A stretch of DNA of 64,000 nt from Octopus sinensis (GCF_006345805.1 NC_043004.1:22630001-22694000); one strand, 5' to 3'. Shown: positions 1 to 13,371, numbered from the stretch's first letter. Notes: generated by a model from the letters alone, not told the origin. Numbers and translations: made by a program.

Positions 1-521
1 ATCCTGAATAAAAATATGTATAAAGATCAAAGCTGGTTATGTGTGCATATTTAGACGTGTTCTGTATTTTTCGTTGAATAATGTTTCTTTATGTAAACGA
101 AAAAGATCAAAATAAATATTCCCTTCAATTTGGCAAAAATGATTTACACAATAGTGTATAAGAACTACTTGGGACCCGCGTCTCCAAGTACTCAGAACAA
201 CACTAACCGAAAGACAGTATCCACTCTCACTTATAGACGATGGAATTAAGCGTGCCAAAAAATTAGACATAAAAACACTGAGGACAACAAAACATAACAC
301 CACACTTCATCTCAAAACACTACTGTATATATCAACTTACAACCCTAGAAACAATCAGGCATACAAAACTACTGTGTACAATCTTCCTTTACTAACTAGA
401 GACCCAAAAATGAACAACATCCTGAAAAGGCATAAATTCATCAAATGCTAAAAGCAACACAAAGAGACTCCTGACAAAGGCGAAGCATTACACAACCACC
501 ACGAAACCAACGGTTAAAAAA

Positions 522-937
522 TGTAGACGCCCAAACTGTGGAACATGCCCCAATCTACTTGAAGGCTCGGATTTTCTTTTCAAACAAGGAGAGAGATTAA
601 CAATAAAAACCAGCTTCATTTGTGTCTCTGAGAATCTAATTTATGGAGTAACTTGCTCGGGTTGTGAACACAAATACAAAGGACAAATGAGTATGACGTT
701 GAGATGGAGAACCACTCTACATAATGAGCAGATCTGTTCCCGCAATACAGAGGGATTACTTTAATTTAACAGAGAGAGAGGGAGAGAGAGAGAGAGAGAT
801 GTGCAGGTAACATCAAACTAAATTTCACAGTTTTCTACTTCTACCAGCGCAAAGATATAATTTCTACACAAGAACGTTTAAATGAAGAAAATGTATTGAC
901 CGAAAAATACAGAACACAACTAAATATGCACGCATAA
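522..937 (+). pseudogene. GIY-YIG endonuclease domain of the PLE ORF, interrupted by a (GA)n tract and frameshifts
   Basis: CRRPNCGTC...FICVSENLIYGVTCSGCEHKYKGQMSMTLRWR...H, then TQERLNEENVLTEKYRTQLN* (stop 935-937). This matches the NxIY..C..C...YxGQ and R...E...LN pattern of PLE GIY-YIG domains. Confidence 0.8.
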
Positions 938-1198
938 CCAACTTTGATCTCTATACATATTTTAATTCACGATTACATACCGTATATATTTCTACACCTA
1001 CTCTAGCTTTTGAATGTTTGTGTATTTATATCCCCCCTACCGAAGATGAGCAATTATTTTCCCTGTTCACAACCATAACGGCCACCAATTACCTCCCCTT
1101 CAATTTTTACACTTGTTAAATCATTCATTCATTAGCTCCACATGCTGCATGTAGAAACAAATTTATCATAATAGAATACGTAATTAAAATGATTTTAA

Positions 1199-1231
1199 TG
1201 TCATGATTAGCGAAAGCGAAACTGGTCGACA
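1199..1231 (+). ncRNA. Degenerate minimal type I hammerhead ribozyme in the PLE 3' region
   Basis: tgtc-ATGATTA-gc gaaa gc-GAAAC-tg-GTC-gaca. Stem I tgtc/gaca, 2-bp stem II with GAAA loop, GAAAC and GTC intact; the core CTGATGA carries two substitutions. Confidence 0.6.
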
Positions 1232-1362
1232 AACAATATAAAATATATTAAAAAATATATTAAAATTATGTAAAGTGTGTGCATCTTCCTTCTTTAATGT
1301 TTTTATATATATTATAACTAACCACGTGGGGATAATCAAAACTCCTCCCTTTCTGTTACTAC

Positions 1363-1396
1363 AGATATATATGTGTGTTTTTGTGTGTGTGCGAAT

Positions 1397-1435
<39 letters not shown>

Positions 1436-1498
1436 TATATATATATACATATATATATATATACACACGCACACATATATATATATATAAATACATAT

Positions 1499-1582
<84 letters not shown>
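1363..1582. repeat. Compound (TA)n/(CA)n microsatellite
   Basis: Directly visible; source of several spurious IY/TH ORFs. Confidence 0.95.
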
Positions 1583-1589
<7 letters not shown>

Positions 1590-1699
1590 GATTCAGTTGA
1601 ATTAGGTACTTTAACTGAGGCACCAACCTAGTTCGGTATAGTCCACACAGCTCCAAGTGAGATGAAAATAATGTAAGTGTGTGTGTATGCTTGTGTAAG

Positions 1700-1910
1700 T
1701 GTTTGTGTGTGTATCTTTGTGTTTGTAGATATTCCTCGCCACTGCATGACAACCGGGGCTGGTTCGCTTATGTCCCCGTCTCGAAATACTTCGCCGAAAA
1801 GTAATTAAGTGGTTGGGGTTAATTTATTCGAAAAAAACTTCTAAAGTGGTACTTCAGCAGCGCCGTAATCTAATGACTGAAACAAGTAAAAGTTAAATGA
1901 TAAAAGATAA
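1700..1910 (+). mobile_element. Degenerate 3' fragment of SINE family A
   Basis: Ends in aatgactgaaacaagtaaaag, the same tail as the copy at 16776-17169. Confidence 0.5.
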
Positions 1911-2481
1911 AATATAACGGAAACATAATAGAGTTTAATATTCGTCAATCATTCTATTAGGACTCTTATAATTTTGGTATATTTGAATCATCTCTAAAGA
2001 CATTACGGTATCCTGTGTTTCATCTACTAAATACTTATTGGACATTGAATATGCTGAACTAGATGTTAAATATTCCTAAGCACTGGTCATAAAAATGTGT
2101 GTAAAGATATCAAATAGATGTACAGGATATAAAAAAAAAAGATCATTTTTATTGAAAACATACACGATATGCTTTTCGCATATGATTACTTTCAAAGGTT
2201 TAACCTTTCATAACCCATCAATATGGAAGAGTATTTCAGGAAAAAATACTCCAGATACGAAACAGGATATTAAAAATACTTTGATGAAAGAAGAAATCAC
2301 GTACGCCAGAATTCTGAAACTCTTTGACGAAACATTATATCTCTTCAGCTATGGTCTACGGCATGCAAAGAGAATTGGTAAATAATTCTTCGCTTAAATG
2401 GACATGAAGAGAGAAGGTTAATGCATGCAAGAGCATTTTGGTAAATATCATGATAGAAGTACTTCCAGAAATATTGCTGAT

Positions 2482-2506
2482 ATCATCATCATCATCATCA
2501 TCATCA

Positions 2507-2567
<61 letters not shown>

Positions 2568-2582
2568 CATCATCTTCATCAT
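2482..2582. repeat. (ATC)n(ATT)n microsatellite
   Basis: Directly visible. Confidence 0.95.
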
Positions 2583-2732
2583 TAAATATAGCGAATCTTT
2601 TGTAGACTATTCAAGTCCTAAGAAACATTAAAGATGTTATGCCAAAGATGCAAAATATAAATAATGTCGACGTAGTAGGATACAATGCCGGAAAGAATTC
2701 CCCCTATAGATTAGAAATTATATGTGTGTGTT

Positions 2733-2765
<33 letters not shown>

Positions 2766-3702
2766 TTGTGTGTGTATATATCAAAGTAAAGAATATCAAA
2801 AGAATATGTCAAAATTTCCGCCGATATTGCCGGAAGTAGAGAATGCATGAAGGAATCTATCACAAAAGCGCAGAATTTGTCTAGTTTTACTAGCATTTGC
2901 CAAAGCTTGTCGATACATTCGTGCGTATAAATTAATGTAATATATTTGGAACTTCTTTGTGAAACAATACCGCGACTATTAGCTACAAATAACATTGCAG
3001 ACGGAACTAAATATGTCTATAGACATGTGAAGAAAGACATTTATTTAATGAAGACCTTTTATAACAATTCAAACTCTATTTTAAAAATACACGAGGAAAC
3101 ATTTCAAAATAACCATATGCATGTAAATCTTGATGGATAGAACTTCAAGTAAAACGTATTGGATGTGATTAAATATTCAGTATTAACGGAAAGATTTGTA
3201 ATGATTGAAACTGTTAGTAAATATTTGAATATTAGACCATCATTTCAAGATAGATATGCATTCACCAGTGTACATACATACGGACAGATAAATTCAACTA
3301 TGTGATTAACATACAGACGCATACACACACAGATTAGTATGTGTCCGTATGTATGTGTGTGTGTGCGTGTGCGTAGATACCTGTGTGTGTAAGTGCATAA
3401 AAGTACCTATTCATGCGCATGTTTTACCTTTACATATGATTGTGTTTTACAAAAAATAAAGTGAAATCGTAGCTAATCTGAAGAGATAAATTCCTTATTT
3501 ACCTCTTTAGAGTGGGTGGTGACTGTCAAGTATTTTGATCGGTCTAAATTGCAAATGTTCAACTTTCCTCAGCAACTCTCCAATAAATAACTAAATAAAT
3601 CGACAGTTACTTCAATGTCACAATTTCATTTGCTAACCGCGATGACTAAATCTATTACTTTATTCTGTCATGAAATTTTAGATACATAGTTTATATAGCA
3701 TT

Positions 3703-4010
3703 ATTGGTTAAACTCTTCCTTTCCCATCATTTCATCTGCATTTACACCCATATCTTTCGCGACATATTACAGCAGGTATTCATCGCTATTTATCAAATAC
3801 TCGGCAAGCGTTCTCTTTTCACTCCTTATACGAATGTCTATACTAATAAGCCCCCTGCCACCATTCTTTCTACTCATATCCAGTCTGTTTACGTTTACTT
3901 TAGGGTGTAGTGGCCCATACAGGGTCATGAACTTTCAGCGTCCCCCTATCTAGTGTTGATATTTCCTCCTTAGTCCATTTGAGGATGGACGCATTATATC
4001 TGACCACCGC
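3703..4010 (-). mobile_element. Internal fragment of a Dong/R4-type (RLE clade) non-LTR retrotransposon
   Basis: Minus translation AVVRYNASILKWTKEEISTLDRGR*KFMTLYGPLHPKVNVNRLDMSRKNGGRGLISI..., homologous to the 5205-5530 part of the neighbouring element. Confidence 0.8.
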
Positions 4011-4062
4011 ATTATTATTATCAGTGCTAATGTTGTTCTTGTTGTTCTTGTTATTGTTGTTA

Positions 4063-4150
<88 letters not shown>
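4011..4150. repeat. (ATT)n array with degenerate left edge
   Basis: Directly visible; abuts the 3' end of the Dong-like element. Confidence 0.95.
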
Positions 4151-4151
<1 letters not shown>

Positions 4152-5912
4152 GACGTCGCACAGTATACCCTATCGTGAGGTTGTCGATTGAAGATATTGT
4201 GTTTACCGGGGAATTGTACTGTTTGCCAAGTCACCACAAGGAACTCACGCAGTCAGTACTTTACGCAATATGCGTGTACATTTCCAAGCAATGCCGACTT
4301 TTGCAGATTGGGTGGTATTGAACCCATAGGCGGCGAGCTGGCAGAAACGTTAGCACGCCGGGCGAAATGCTTAGTGGTATTTCGTCTGCGTTACGTTGTG
4401 AGTTCAAATTCTGCCGAGGTCGACTTTGCCTTTCATCCTTTCAGGGTCGATAAATTAAGTACCAGTTACGCACTGGGGTCGATGGAATCGACTTAATACC
4501 TATGTCTGTCCTTGTTTGTCCCCTCTGTGTTTAGCCCCTTGTGGGTAATAAAGAAATAGGTATTGAACCCAATACTCCAATGACTATACGGATAACCTTT
4601 ATGTTTGACTCTCGTAACTGCCACATCTTAGCGATCTCATTTCTGAGGTCTCCATATTTATCAACCATTTCTCTTTCTTTAATGATAATATGTGGATCTC
4701 CTGGAACTGGTACGTCAATTATTAGGCACTCTTCCTTATCCCTCTTAAAGGTTATTACATCCGGCCTTCGGTGCTTGATAAACTTGTCTGGCTGGAAATC
4801 AAATTTCCAGAAGATTTTTGCTTTCCCCTTTTCGTCCGTTACCTTTTCCGTTGTATGTTGGCACCAAGCACCTTACGGCATAGTAGCTAGGGAAGGTTTT
4901 GGGCTACCTTGTCGCGTCTACGCTTGTACTTTTTCTGCGCAAGACTTTCACAAGCACTAACAAAGAGACTCACGCGTTCGACCCTCTTCCTTCACATTCT
5001 GCACAGGTCCGTTGCACTTGTGTAGTATATATGTTTTTTTCACTGAGTTGGTATTCAAAGCCTGGTCCTGAGCAACGATGATTAGGCTTTTAGTCATTCT
5101 TTTAATGTTATCCTTGCTGAGCCACATCCATGATGGTTTCTGGTCTTTTAATATGTTGGTTTCACGGTGTAACCGACCATGTAATTCCATACGAATAAAG
5201 TTTCTTATCTCAAATTGGCTGTTCTTGATCGGAATTCATGAGCGCTCTCAAGTCCCTTTTTCTTAACTCCTTCTGCACTAGTAGCATACTCTAGCAGCTG
5301 CTGTTTGCTGTTTACCAAATATTCTGCCATGTTTCTTCTTTCACTGTTAATGCGCTCCCGTACGCTAATCAGCCCACGTTCTCCTTTACCTCTCTTCAAG
5401 TAGAACCTGTGTACATTTGCCTTAGGGTGGAGGGCACCATGCATCGTCATTGTCTTTCGGGTAGTGCGATCGAGTTAGTCAATCTCCGCTTGTGCCCATT
5501 CCAGGATGGGTGCATAATAGCGAACTACAGCAACAGCCCATATGTTGATGGCAGCCACAAGGTTCTTTGAGTTGAGTTTTGATTTCAAGAGAAGTTTGAG
5601 GCGCTTGAAATATGCAGTGGTGACCTTGTCTTACATTTCTTTGTGCAAGATATTTTCCAGATCCAGAATGCCAAGGTACTTGTACCCATCATCATCCGGA
5701 TCTGGCATTTTCTCTCCGTTCGGCAATTTTGTGCCCTCACAATTTACTCTTTACCCCCGTTTCAAAGTAAGCACCGCACACTTCAAGATACCGAATTCCA
5801 TCCTTACATCCGTGCTGTGCATTTGCACAGTCTCAACCAGCCTCCCCATTTCAAGGTCTGTCTTTGTGAACCGTTTTAAAATCATCCATGATGAGAAGTT
5901 GGTTGAGACGAG
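4151..5912 (-). mobile_element. 5'-truncated Dong/R4-type RLE non-LTR retrotransposon (RT C-terminal half, RLE endonuclease, 3' UTR into (TAA)n)
   Basis: Minus strand, with stops and frameshifts: LLIMDD (RT motif, 5880-5905), MEFGILKCA, GYKYLGI, MTMHGALHPKANVHRFYLKRGKGERGLISV, KIFWKFDFQPDKFIKHRRPDVITF...CLIIDVPVPGD (PD..D RLE), IVIGVLGSIP, LQKSALLG..RILRKVL. Confidence 0.9.
4329..4558 (+). mobile_element. tRNA-derived SINE family B inserted in the Dong-like element
   Basis: Head ggcggcgagctggcagaaacgttagc, B box gagttcaaattc, body gcctttcatcctttcagggtcgataaattaagtacc (recalled as MetaSINE-like domain). Direct repeat ggtattgaaccca at 4314-4326 and 4559-4571 is the TSD. Confidence 0.85.
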
Positions 5913-6969
5913 GTCGAAGAGATGTCGAAATATTGCTCATTCGATAACAGTTGCACTTTTCTTATTGTTTCTTTACTTTCTGAAGGAGTAACATCAATCC
6001 TTTAAATACTACCAAAATGAAGTAGATTAAGATGTTTATTTCGAATTTATAGAAGACACACGAGATGTCAAAATATTATTCATTTGATACCAGCCGCACT
6101 CTTCTTATTGTTAAGAGGAAAAATCGATCTGTGTCTGTTTTTGTTTCTAAAACGTCTGTTAAATTGATTGTACTAAAATCATTGTTGATTACTAAATTCT
6201 ATGAAGTCCTCTCACGCAACTCTTACGTATTGTGGGAAAAGAAGTATTTCGTTTGAGCAGCAGTGAATTATCACCATGCACACATATAAATGTTAAATAT
6301 TTAGACATCGTCTGTTTCATGTTATGTTCCTACATACGAAACTACTTCGCTACTGACATTTCAATCTATTATTTAATTTAAGAACGCTTGTGCCTGTATG
6401 CACGTGCATGTACGTGTGAAACGGGGCAGTACAAGTGCCTGCACCTGTGTCATTTTGACAGTATGTGCCTAAAAGCGTTTGTTGATTTTTTTTTGTCCCG
6501 CAAACCTACCACTAGAACTACTTTAAATAGAATACTTTTCAGGAGATATATGAAACTTTTCTCTCTCAACGTCCATATCATTATCTGCAACTTGTTACTG
6601 CAGGATTTATCATGTTTCCCTAGTAACTAACTAGCGAGAAAATGAGCTCTACTTCCTATATTTATATTCTGAGTGTCTGAATGTTACACTTCACCATGTT
6701 TCTACACAAAATACTAAAATAAAGTATGTAATTTGTGTAATAACAAACATTTCCTTTTCAGTTGGTACCCACAATGCTCTGACTTGCATGTCTCCGTATA
6801 AGAATTCCTGGAAATTGTTCGCTTGTGCAGTATAATATCACTTGTATAAATACAAGTTATATCATAATGCACCAATGAAAGTCTAAGTGGAATTTCATAA
6901 AACATCTGAATAGGCCAACTAAAACATCAACAACAATGACAATTATTATTATTGTTATTGTTAGTCCTT

Positions 6970-7165
6970 AGTACGCTGGACGAAACGTCTAGTGGCATTT
7001 CGCTAGCCGTTAAGTTCTGAGTTCAAATTCCGCCGACGTCGACTTTGCTTTTCACCATTTCGGCGTCGATAAATTAAGTCCCAATGAAACACTGGAGTCA
7101 AAGTAATCGACTAGTCCCCTCCCATAAAATTTCAGGCCTTGTGCCATTATCAGAAAGGATTATTA
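6970..7165 (+). mobile_element. SINE family B, degenerate
   Basis: ctgagttcaaattccgccgacgtcgactttgc...gtcgataaattaagt aligns to the 4329 copy. Confidence 0.75.
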
Positions 7166-9369
7166 TTACTGTTGGTGTTGGTGGTGGTGGTAATGATGGT
7201 GTTCTCGTACTTTTTTTATTTGTCAGTAGGACTCACATAAAAATGAAGACGTTGCAAGTACAAGTTTTGAAAAACAGATTTTCTGCATACAAAAATGATC
7301 GTAAACAAATTCTGGTAACAATAAACTTTCAAACAAACTATATTTTCCAATAAGGAGGAGGGTTATCTACCTACGCAAGTGCGCTTTCCCAGTTGTTTTC
7401 CTTCAGTTCACTTCTAATAGCACATACTCAGATCAAGTCCATTTAGGCTGACCTTTTCTCTACTCACATCTGCCCATCAAGAAATTTGTCGAAAAGCAGC
7501 ACTTCTCTCTTAACCACCAGGTTCCTTTTGAAGTGAAATATGAAAAATTTCACCAGAGAGGAAATGATCTAACTTTAGTCTCTTCAATATTGGCCACAGC
7601 AAAACCTTTTTCACCATCGTCAGCAGATGAAAACATTGCATGCTTGTCTTAGGAAAAGGAAGACAAAAGACAGTCTTCAAAATGGGCTTACGCATGCGTG
7701 CAGGACGGTTTAATCGCGGAGAGGTCATCTCTTTCTGGCCAGGATTAAGCTCTTGTCTTTAGAGTTTATGCCTCTTGAGTTTATTTCGACTTGGTAATTT
7801 CTCTAGTTGTGAGACCAATGATATCTAGATAAAAAGCAACCATGGATTCTGAACTGAAAATCCCCAAGAATAGGACAGACAACTCATTTTTGTCGACATC
7901 TAATGTTTCTCTGAGAAGATTCTTGCCTTGTTGTTTTGTTCACCATTTCTCATATATAGACTACTAGTATGGAATTCTGCCGATAGGTAGAGAGATATGA
8001 AAGCATGACGACATTCTACATGCCAAGAACTTCGTCTTGAACTATAGCTCCATTGAAAATATATCCTGGTAAAACGCCTCTTAAAAACATCGTCCATACT
8101 TCTTCACAAACACAAAGCGATGGGGATGTGGTAAACACCATTGGAGACGTGATATCTTATCCCATACCTCATATTTCACATGAATTAAGGTTTTCAAGCC
8201 TATCCGAAAACAATTTCTTTTCAAATTTTAAAGAACATATTTCCAACAGTGTATCAAGGCTTTCGCCATCCACTAAATGACTTGTTCTTGTGGTAAACTT
8301 ACAATGTTTATATTCATCACTCGTTCTGCCTGATAAATTCTATTTATTGAAAATTCTTTACATCTACGTGAGTCGGTGGGGGTATTTGTGGAACAGTCTT
8401 CGAGTGAAAAACCATTCGTGCACTGATGCAGTCTGCCCAAAAAGATAAAATCTGTGTCCCACTAAGTGCTTTTCCAGTATAGTTCAGTTTGTTCTGGAGA
8501 GATGCGCTGTTGCCTATACCTTATCAGAGATATACATCTATATATTTGCATTCTTTCTCAATGCTTTAAGAGACACTATGGCACAGCGAGTGTTGCTTTT
8601 CTAACGTCTATGTTAAAATGTTCAGTTGCTTATAGATAATATTTACGTTTATCATCCATTGGGACTGATCCAAATGTTTTTGCAGTATCGGCAAAGAATC
8701 TACACTTTACCGTACATTTCTTCTGCTAAAGCTGGTGTTATTCTTGTGCTTATTGCTACTGCCATTACTTATTATTGGAAGTGATTCCATTGAAGCTAAC
8801 AGAGTGTTCCTCTCTCTCACCGGCGATATGTTGGTGATGGCCGGCGGTTTTACTGCTACAATCTGCAGCGTGATTTCAAACATCATCGTTACTGCGACTA
8901 TTGTTGTTGATGTTGTTATTATTATTGTTGCTCTTGTTGTTGTTGTTGCTGGATTCAAATTTAGAACCTTGAGCTTATGAAGCGAACTTCTTAATTGAAA
9001 AGTATTTTTTACAGACTTCTAACAGCGCAGACCCTTATTCTGCCAATCATAAATGGAAATGCAAAAAAATGAAAACAAAAAAATTAATAAATAAAGTAAA
9101 CAAAATAAAACAAAAGCAATCAATTCGTAAGTGCCATGGTTTCTTTCAGAACGTTGATATTGTATTTTTTTTATTTTAATATACCGAGGATGTGATGTGG
9201 TGCTTGATATATTATGTGATGTAAGAAGATATGTGACGCCTGATATATTATGTGAAATAATAACTCGTAACAACTTTCAAATATTGCCTGAATACTACCA
9301 CTATTACTACTCTCCTGCTGCATCTACTACTACTGCTACGACTACTACTAACTGCTACTACTACTAGAG

Positions 9370-9635
9370 GAATTTTTAGGGGTTTGAATTATTCACCTCG
9401 GGAAGCATGGCTATTTCATTTATCAACTTTAAACAACCTTTTGTCAGGGAGCTATTGAGTGGGGCGGGCTATTCGACCTGAAGAAAATTATAACTGGGTC
9501 CCTCCTGTAAGTTCATGCGCTGTTTAGTTTGATAGTGAGATCACCATGACGCACAGATATGGTCGTGATGCATGTGTATAGTGTAGCCTTATCAGATGGG
9601 CAATCATAATGGATGTACTGGGTTTCGTATATTTT
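9370..9635. repeat. Unclassified interspersed repeat
   Basis: Recognised only from memory of octopus repeats (attcgacctgaagaaaatt...gagatcaccatg); single copy in this window. Confidence 0.3.
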
Positions 9636-9638
9636 ACT

Positions 9639-9806
9639 AAAGGCACAAGGCCTGAACATTTGGGGGAGTGGAGTAGCCGATTACATTGACTCGAAAAGGG
9701 ATTAAATGCAAAGTCGAACTTGGCACAGTTTGAACTCAGAATGCAGACACGAACGAAATGCTTAGAGGCATTTTTTCCGGCGTACTGACGATTCTGCCAG
9801 TTTGTC
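9639..9806 (-). mobile_element. SINE family B
   Basis: Reverse complement of the family B head and body (aaagtcgaacttggcacagtttgaactcagaa...gattctgccag). Confidence 0.7.
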
Positions 9807-9887
9807 GTAACCCTAATAATAATAATAACAATAATAATAACAATAAGAATAATAACAAGAAGAAGAAGAAGAAATCTTTCTACTGGA

Positions 9888-10045
9888 TGCACAAGGCCTG
9901 AAATTGTTTTGTTTTTTTTTTGTTTTTTTGGTTTATTTTTTTGGTGGGGGTAGTTGTCGATTGCATCAACACCAGTGTTCCACTGGTACTTAACTTATTT
10001 TCCACGGAAAGGATGAAAGGCAAAGTCGACCTCGGCGAAATTTGA
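9888..10045 (-). mobile_element. SINE family B 3' fragment
   Basis: ctggtacttaacttatt...ggatgaaaggcaaagtcgacctcggcgaaatttgaa. Confidence 0.7.
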
Positions 10046-12734
10046 AAATAGCTAATCGATCATATGCCATTTGAAAAATTATGTTCATCTAGACGTTAAT
10101 GCAAGCTAAGTACTCCATCATAACAGTAATTAGTAGTTTCTTCGGAGGAGGAAGACAGCGGCCATGATCGTTTGAGAGTCAAAATGACTGATGACAAAAA
10201 CAGAAGTGACCGTCTGAGCAGATACTTCACCTGAATACCGCTTACAGAAGCCATCTGCATGGAAGGGGTTCAGAATCCGGTGAAACAGTTAAATGAAACA
10301 ATAATTGGTCATTTTTTATTCAATGAGTGTCTTTCTTTTCTTTTTCAACTGAGACTCTTCCACGAATATTTGGATGAATCGATGCTAGAAGGTGTTATCC
10401 AAAATTCCTCATAGTATGATGGAACCCAAGACTACATAGGTGCAGAATGTAATTTTCATCTTCACTAACATTCCTACGTGGAGGTCTGCTGAAGCGATTG
10501 TTACTTCCTCTGCATGTCTGTATAATTTTCACAGACAAACATGCCTACATCCAGGCATAATCATGAAACTTTTATGCACATACGGTATGTTGTTTGTGGT
10601 GTGTGCATGTGTGCGTGTTTGTATATATATATATATAATAAGCAACAAGAATATCCAGAGGTAATGGATTACGATCGTTTCATGTAACTCCATTTAATTG
10701 AACAATGCAATCATTACATCAATTTAAAATATAGAGCAATCTTCAGCTGCACAAAGACGTAGAATTTAATTAGATTAGAACAGATGGAGACATTAGTATA
10801 ATTATACCTAAAATCCCCAAGAAGTTAAGGATATAGACAAAGAACATGTCTCTACTTCAGCAAAATTATCAAGAAGACTCTGCCTGCCACTGATATTTTG
10901 TCTCCGTGGGGCCAGTTTTAATTTATAAGACCAGTTTATCAAATCCCTTATATATCTGAGGCTGAGAGAACAGAGAGCAGTATCTGTTAGGGGTAGGGCT
11001 GAGAGAGTAGACATAAATTCTAGTTGGTATAGTCATAAAAATCGAGATTTATTATAAGTAATATCATGAGGTTTAGTAAGAGACACCTTAAAACAAGATG
11101 TTAGCTGATAACTAAGGGGGTCGCTCACTAGCAGACTATTGATAATGAAACAATCTTATCATATAGTTCTGTAGTTAAATATTTTAAACAATGTCGCTAT
11201 GTATACAGTTAAAGTTTAGGGTTATTCAAAGATTATAAAGAAGAATATTATACAGGCAGCCGTCGTGCCTACATTCAAAGATGGTCTAGAGACTGTTACA
11301 TACAGACATGATTATTTAGCAATGTTTCATGATAAAGTCTTGAATTCAATCGACTCAAAGGAGAAGTCTGTATTATTAACAACACACCAGAAAAGGGGAA
11401 CAAGACTGCTGCCGCTTTTCAAATTTTACGGAAATTTAATTACATTGAAAGAGTTTGGATCTGAGATCGTGTGCTTAAACTAAAGTCATTGCCACGTGGA
11501 AGACAAAGTTTCTACCGACGAAATTATAGTAAAAGTTTAAGTAACGTTAACGGTTTCCGAATAACTAAGTCTTGTACGCCATGCTTCAATCCCTTAAGAT
11601 GTATGTTTGGACGTAAAAGACAGGATGCTATGATGTTACTATAAATCTTTGTAACCTTTCGACATATAAAGCAACAACAAAATCTCCGTCATAATACCAC
11701 CCACCGTTTTGAACAAAGATATAGCTTTTGGACAACAAATATACTATATAATACTAATATAATGGTTAAAAAAGCAGAAGTCATTCTCGGCTGCAAGATG
11801 TTTGATCAATAGTCGAATTGGTCTTATTATGATACACAACTAAACAACTGCATTTCAGATCAAAGTTTCATTAATATTCATCGTTAAATTCAAGTTTATA
11901 TATGTCTGTGAAAACTAACACCACATCTGACTAACTGTTTAAGAATGGGGAAAATGATGTGACTGTATAATTTATTGTTTGTGAATCAACATATAAGGGA
12001 AAATAGGCAGAGAGAGAGAGAGAGAGCGAGGGAGGGAGATAGATAGTGAGAAAGCTCCACTTATACACCAATAAAGAGACCTCAGAGGGCATTCGTAGTC
12101 ATTAACATTTATTAGCATTATATCATATTTCGTGTTGATTAGTATCAATGAGGAAGTATAATTTATATGAAAGTATTTCTTTTCACACATACACTCACAC
12201 ATATATGATATATATGCCTGTTTATGTACAAGTGTAGAAGACTGAATACTTAATTATATAGTCCAACTTGACGATAAAAAATAAAAATAAAAATGTATGT
12301 ATTTTAAGATATACAAAAAAAGCCCTCATTCTTTTTTTCGTTTTGTCTCTCTCTCTCACACTCGCATATATGCATACGTTTATGTATACTCGTATATTTG
12401 TATGTATGTACAGAAAACATAATACACTGTTAATGTGTTCGGTGTCATTCTTTCTCCTCCCTGCAATTCTATGTCTGATTCCAACAGGATGAGCGGTTTC
12501 TGTTGCGGAAGCAACAATTTTTCTTTACTCACAAAGCGATCTGCTCGTGGATAATTCGGCATGTTAGAAGTAACAGCTAAATCCTCTTCATAGCACACAT
12601 TGTTGTCTCATAAAAACGATTCTCAGGTTCTTATATGGACGCGGATCTTAAAGAAGCTGGATGTTCATGCATGTAATCGCTTGGTTTATAGGTTGCTCAA
12701 TCAAGACGTACTAAAGATTATTTTCTACTCTAGG

Positions 12735-12850
12735 TACAAAGGCCAGGAATTTTGGGGGAGTGGGGGCCAGTCGATTAGATCGACCCCAGTACGTAACTGG
12801 TACTTAATTTATCGATCCTGAAATGATGAAATGCAATGTCGAATTCGCAG
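12735..12850 (-). mobile_element. SINE family B 3' fragment
   Basis: agtcgattagatcgaccccagtacgtaactggtacttaatttatcgatcc. Confidence 0.7.
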
Positions 12851-13325
12851 GATGACTAATTTAAAGAATAATATCAACATAAGTAGCTTGATAACATAAC
12901 ATGAATGTTTACGTTTCCTGATGTGAAGACGTCTGATGAAACATATATTGTTGTATTTCGGGGTGGTCATTTTTTCTTTTCTTTTTTTTAAAGATAAACA
13001 CAGGCGCTATATATTCGTCTTTCACTCATTTATTACTCTTTCCGTCTTCGTTGGTGCTCTCAATGGATCAAGCAGAGCAAGGATCAAGCAGAGCAAGGTT
13101 ACACACAAAGACGGAATGTGTAAGTGAAGAAGTCACAATATAAGATTAATCCTTAGAAGTTTATGTTGAGCTAGCATTTAATGGGAGACTGATGTGCTTC
13201 TGACGCAAACATATCTCAAATGAAAACAAACACAAACACATACTTATTCACACACACCACACACACACACATACACACAAATTTACATACATAGATGCAT
13301 CCCAACCATTCACACACACACACAA

Positions 13326-13371
<46 letters not shown>

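Larger units (their letters stand above)
1..1362 (+). mobile_element. Penelope-like retroelement (PLE) 3' relic, running off the window start and ending at a (TA)n array
   Basis: Frameshifted translation gives NIPFNLAK..., PRLQVLRTTLTERQYPLSLIDDGIKRAKKLDIKTLR...ISTYNPRN (PLE RT C-terminal extension), then a CxxC linker and a GIY-YIG-like domain, a 3' region with an HHR-like motif, and (TA)n from about 1363. Confidence 0.85.

Noticed and set aside
10181-10316. aaaatgaCTGATGA...GAAAC...GTCatttt as a hammerhead
   Set aside because: The complementarity aaaatgac/gtcatttt consumes core nucleotides, so the register is wrong, and there is no stem II or III.
12925-12975. ctgatga...ttcggggtggtcatttt, hammerhead-like spacing in a probable repeat terminus
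   Set aside because: GAAA is replaced by GGGG and stem I does not pair; it cannot be supported without a family consensus.
13065-13098. Tandem 16-bp duplication ggatcaagcagagcaa x2
   Set aside because: Only two units with no spacers; a simple slippage duplication, not an array or CRISPR-like structure.
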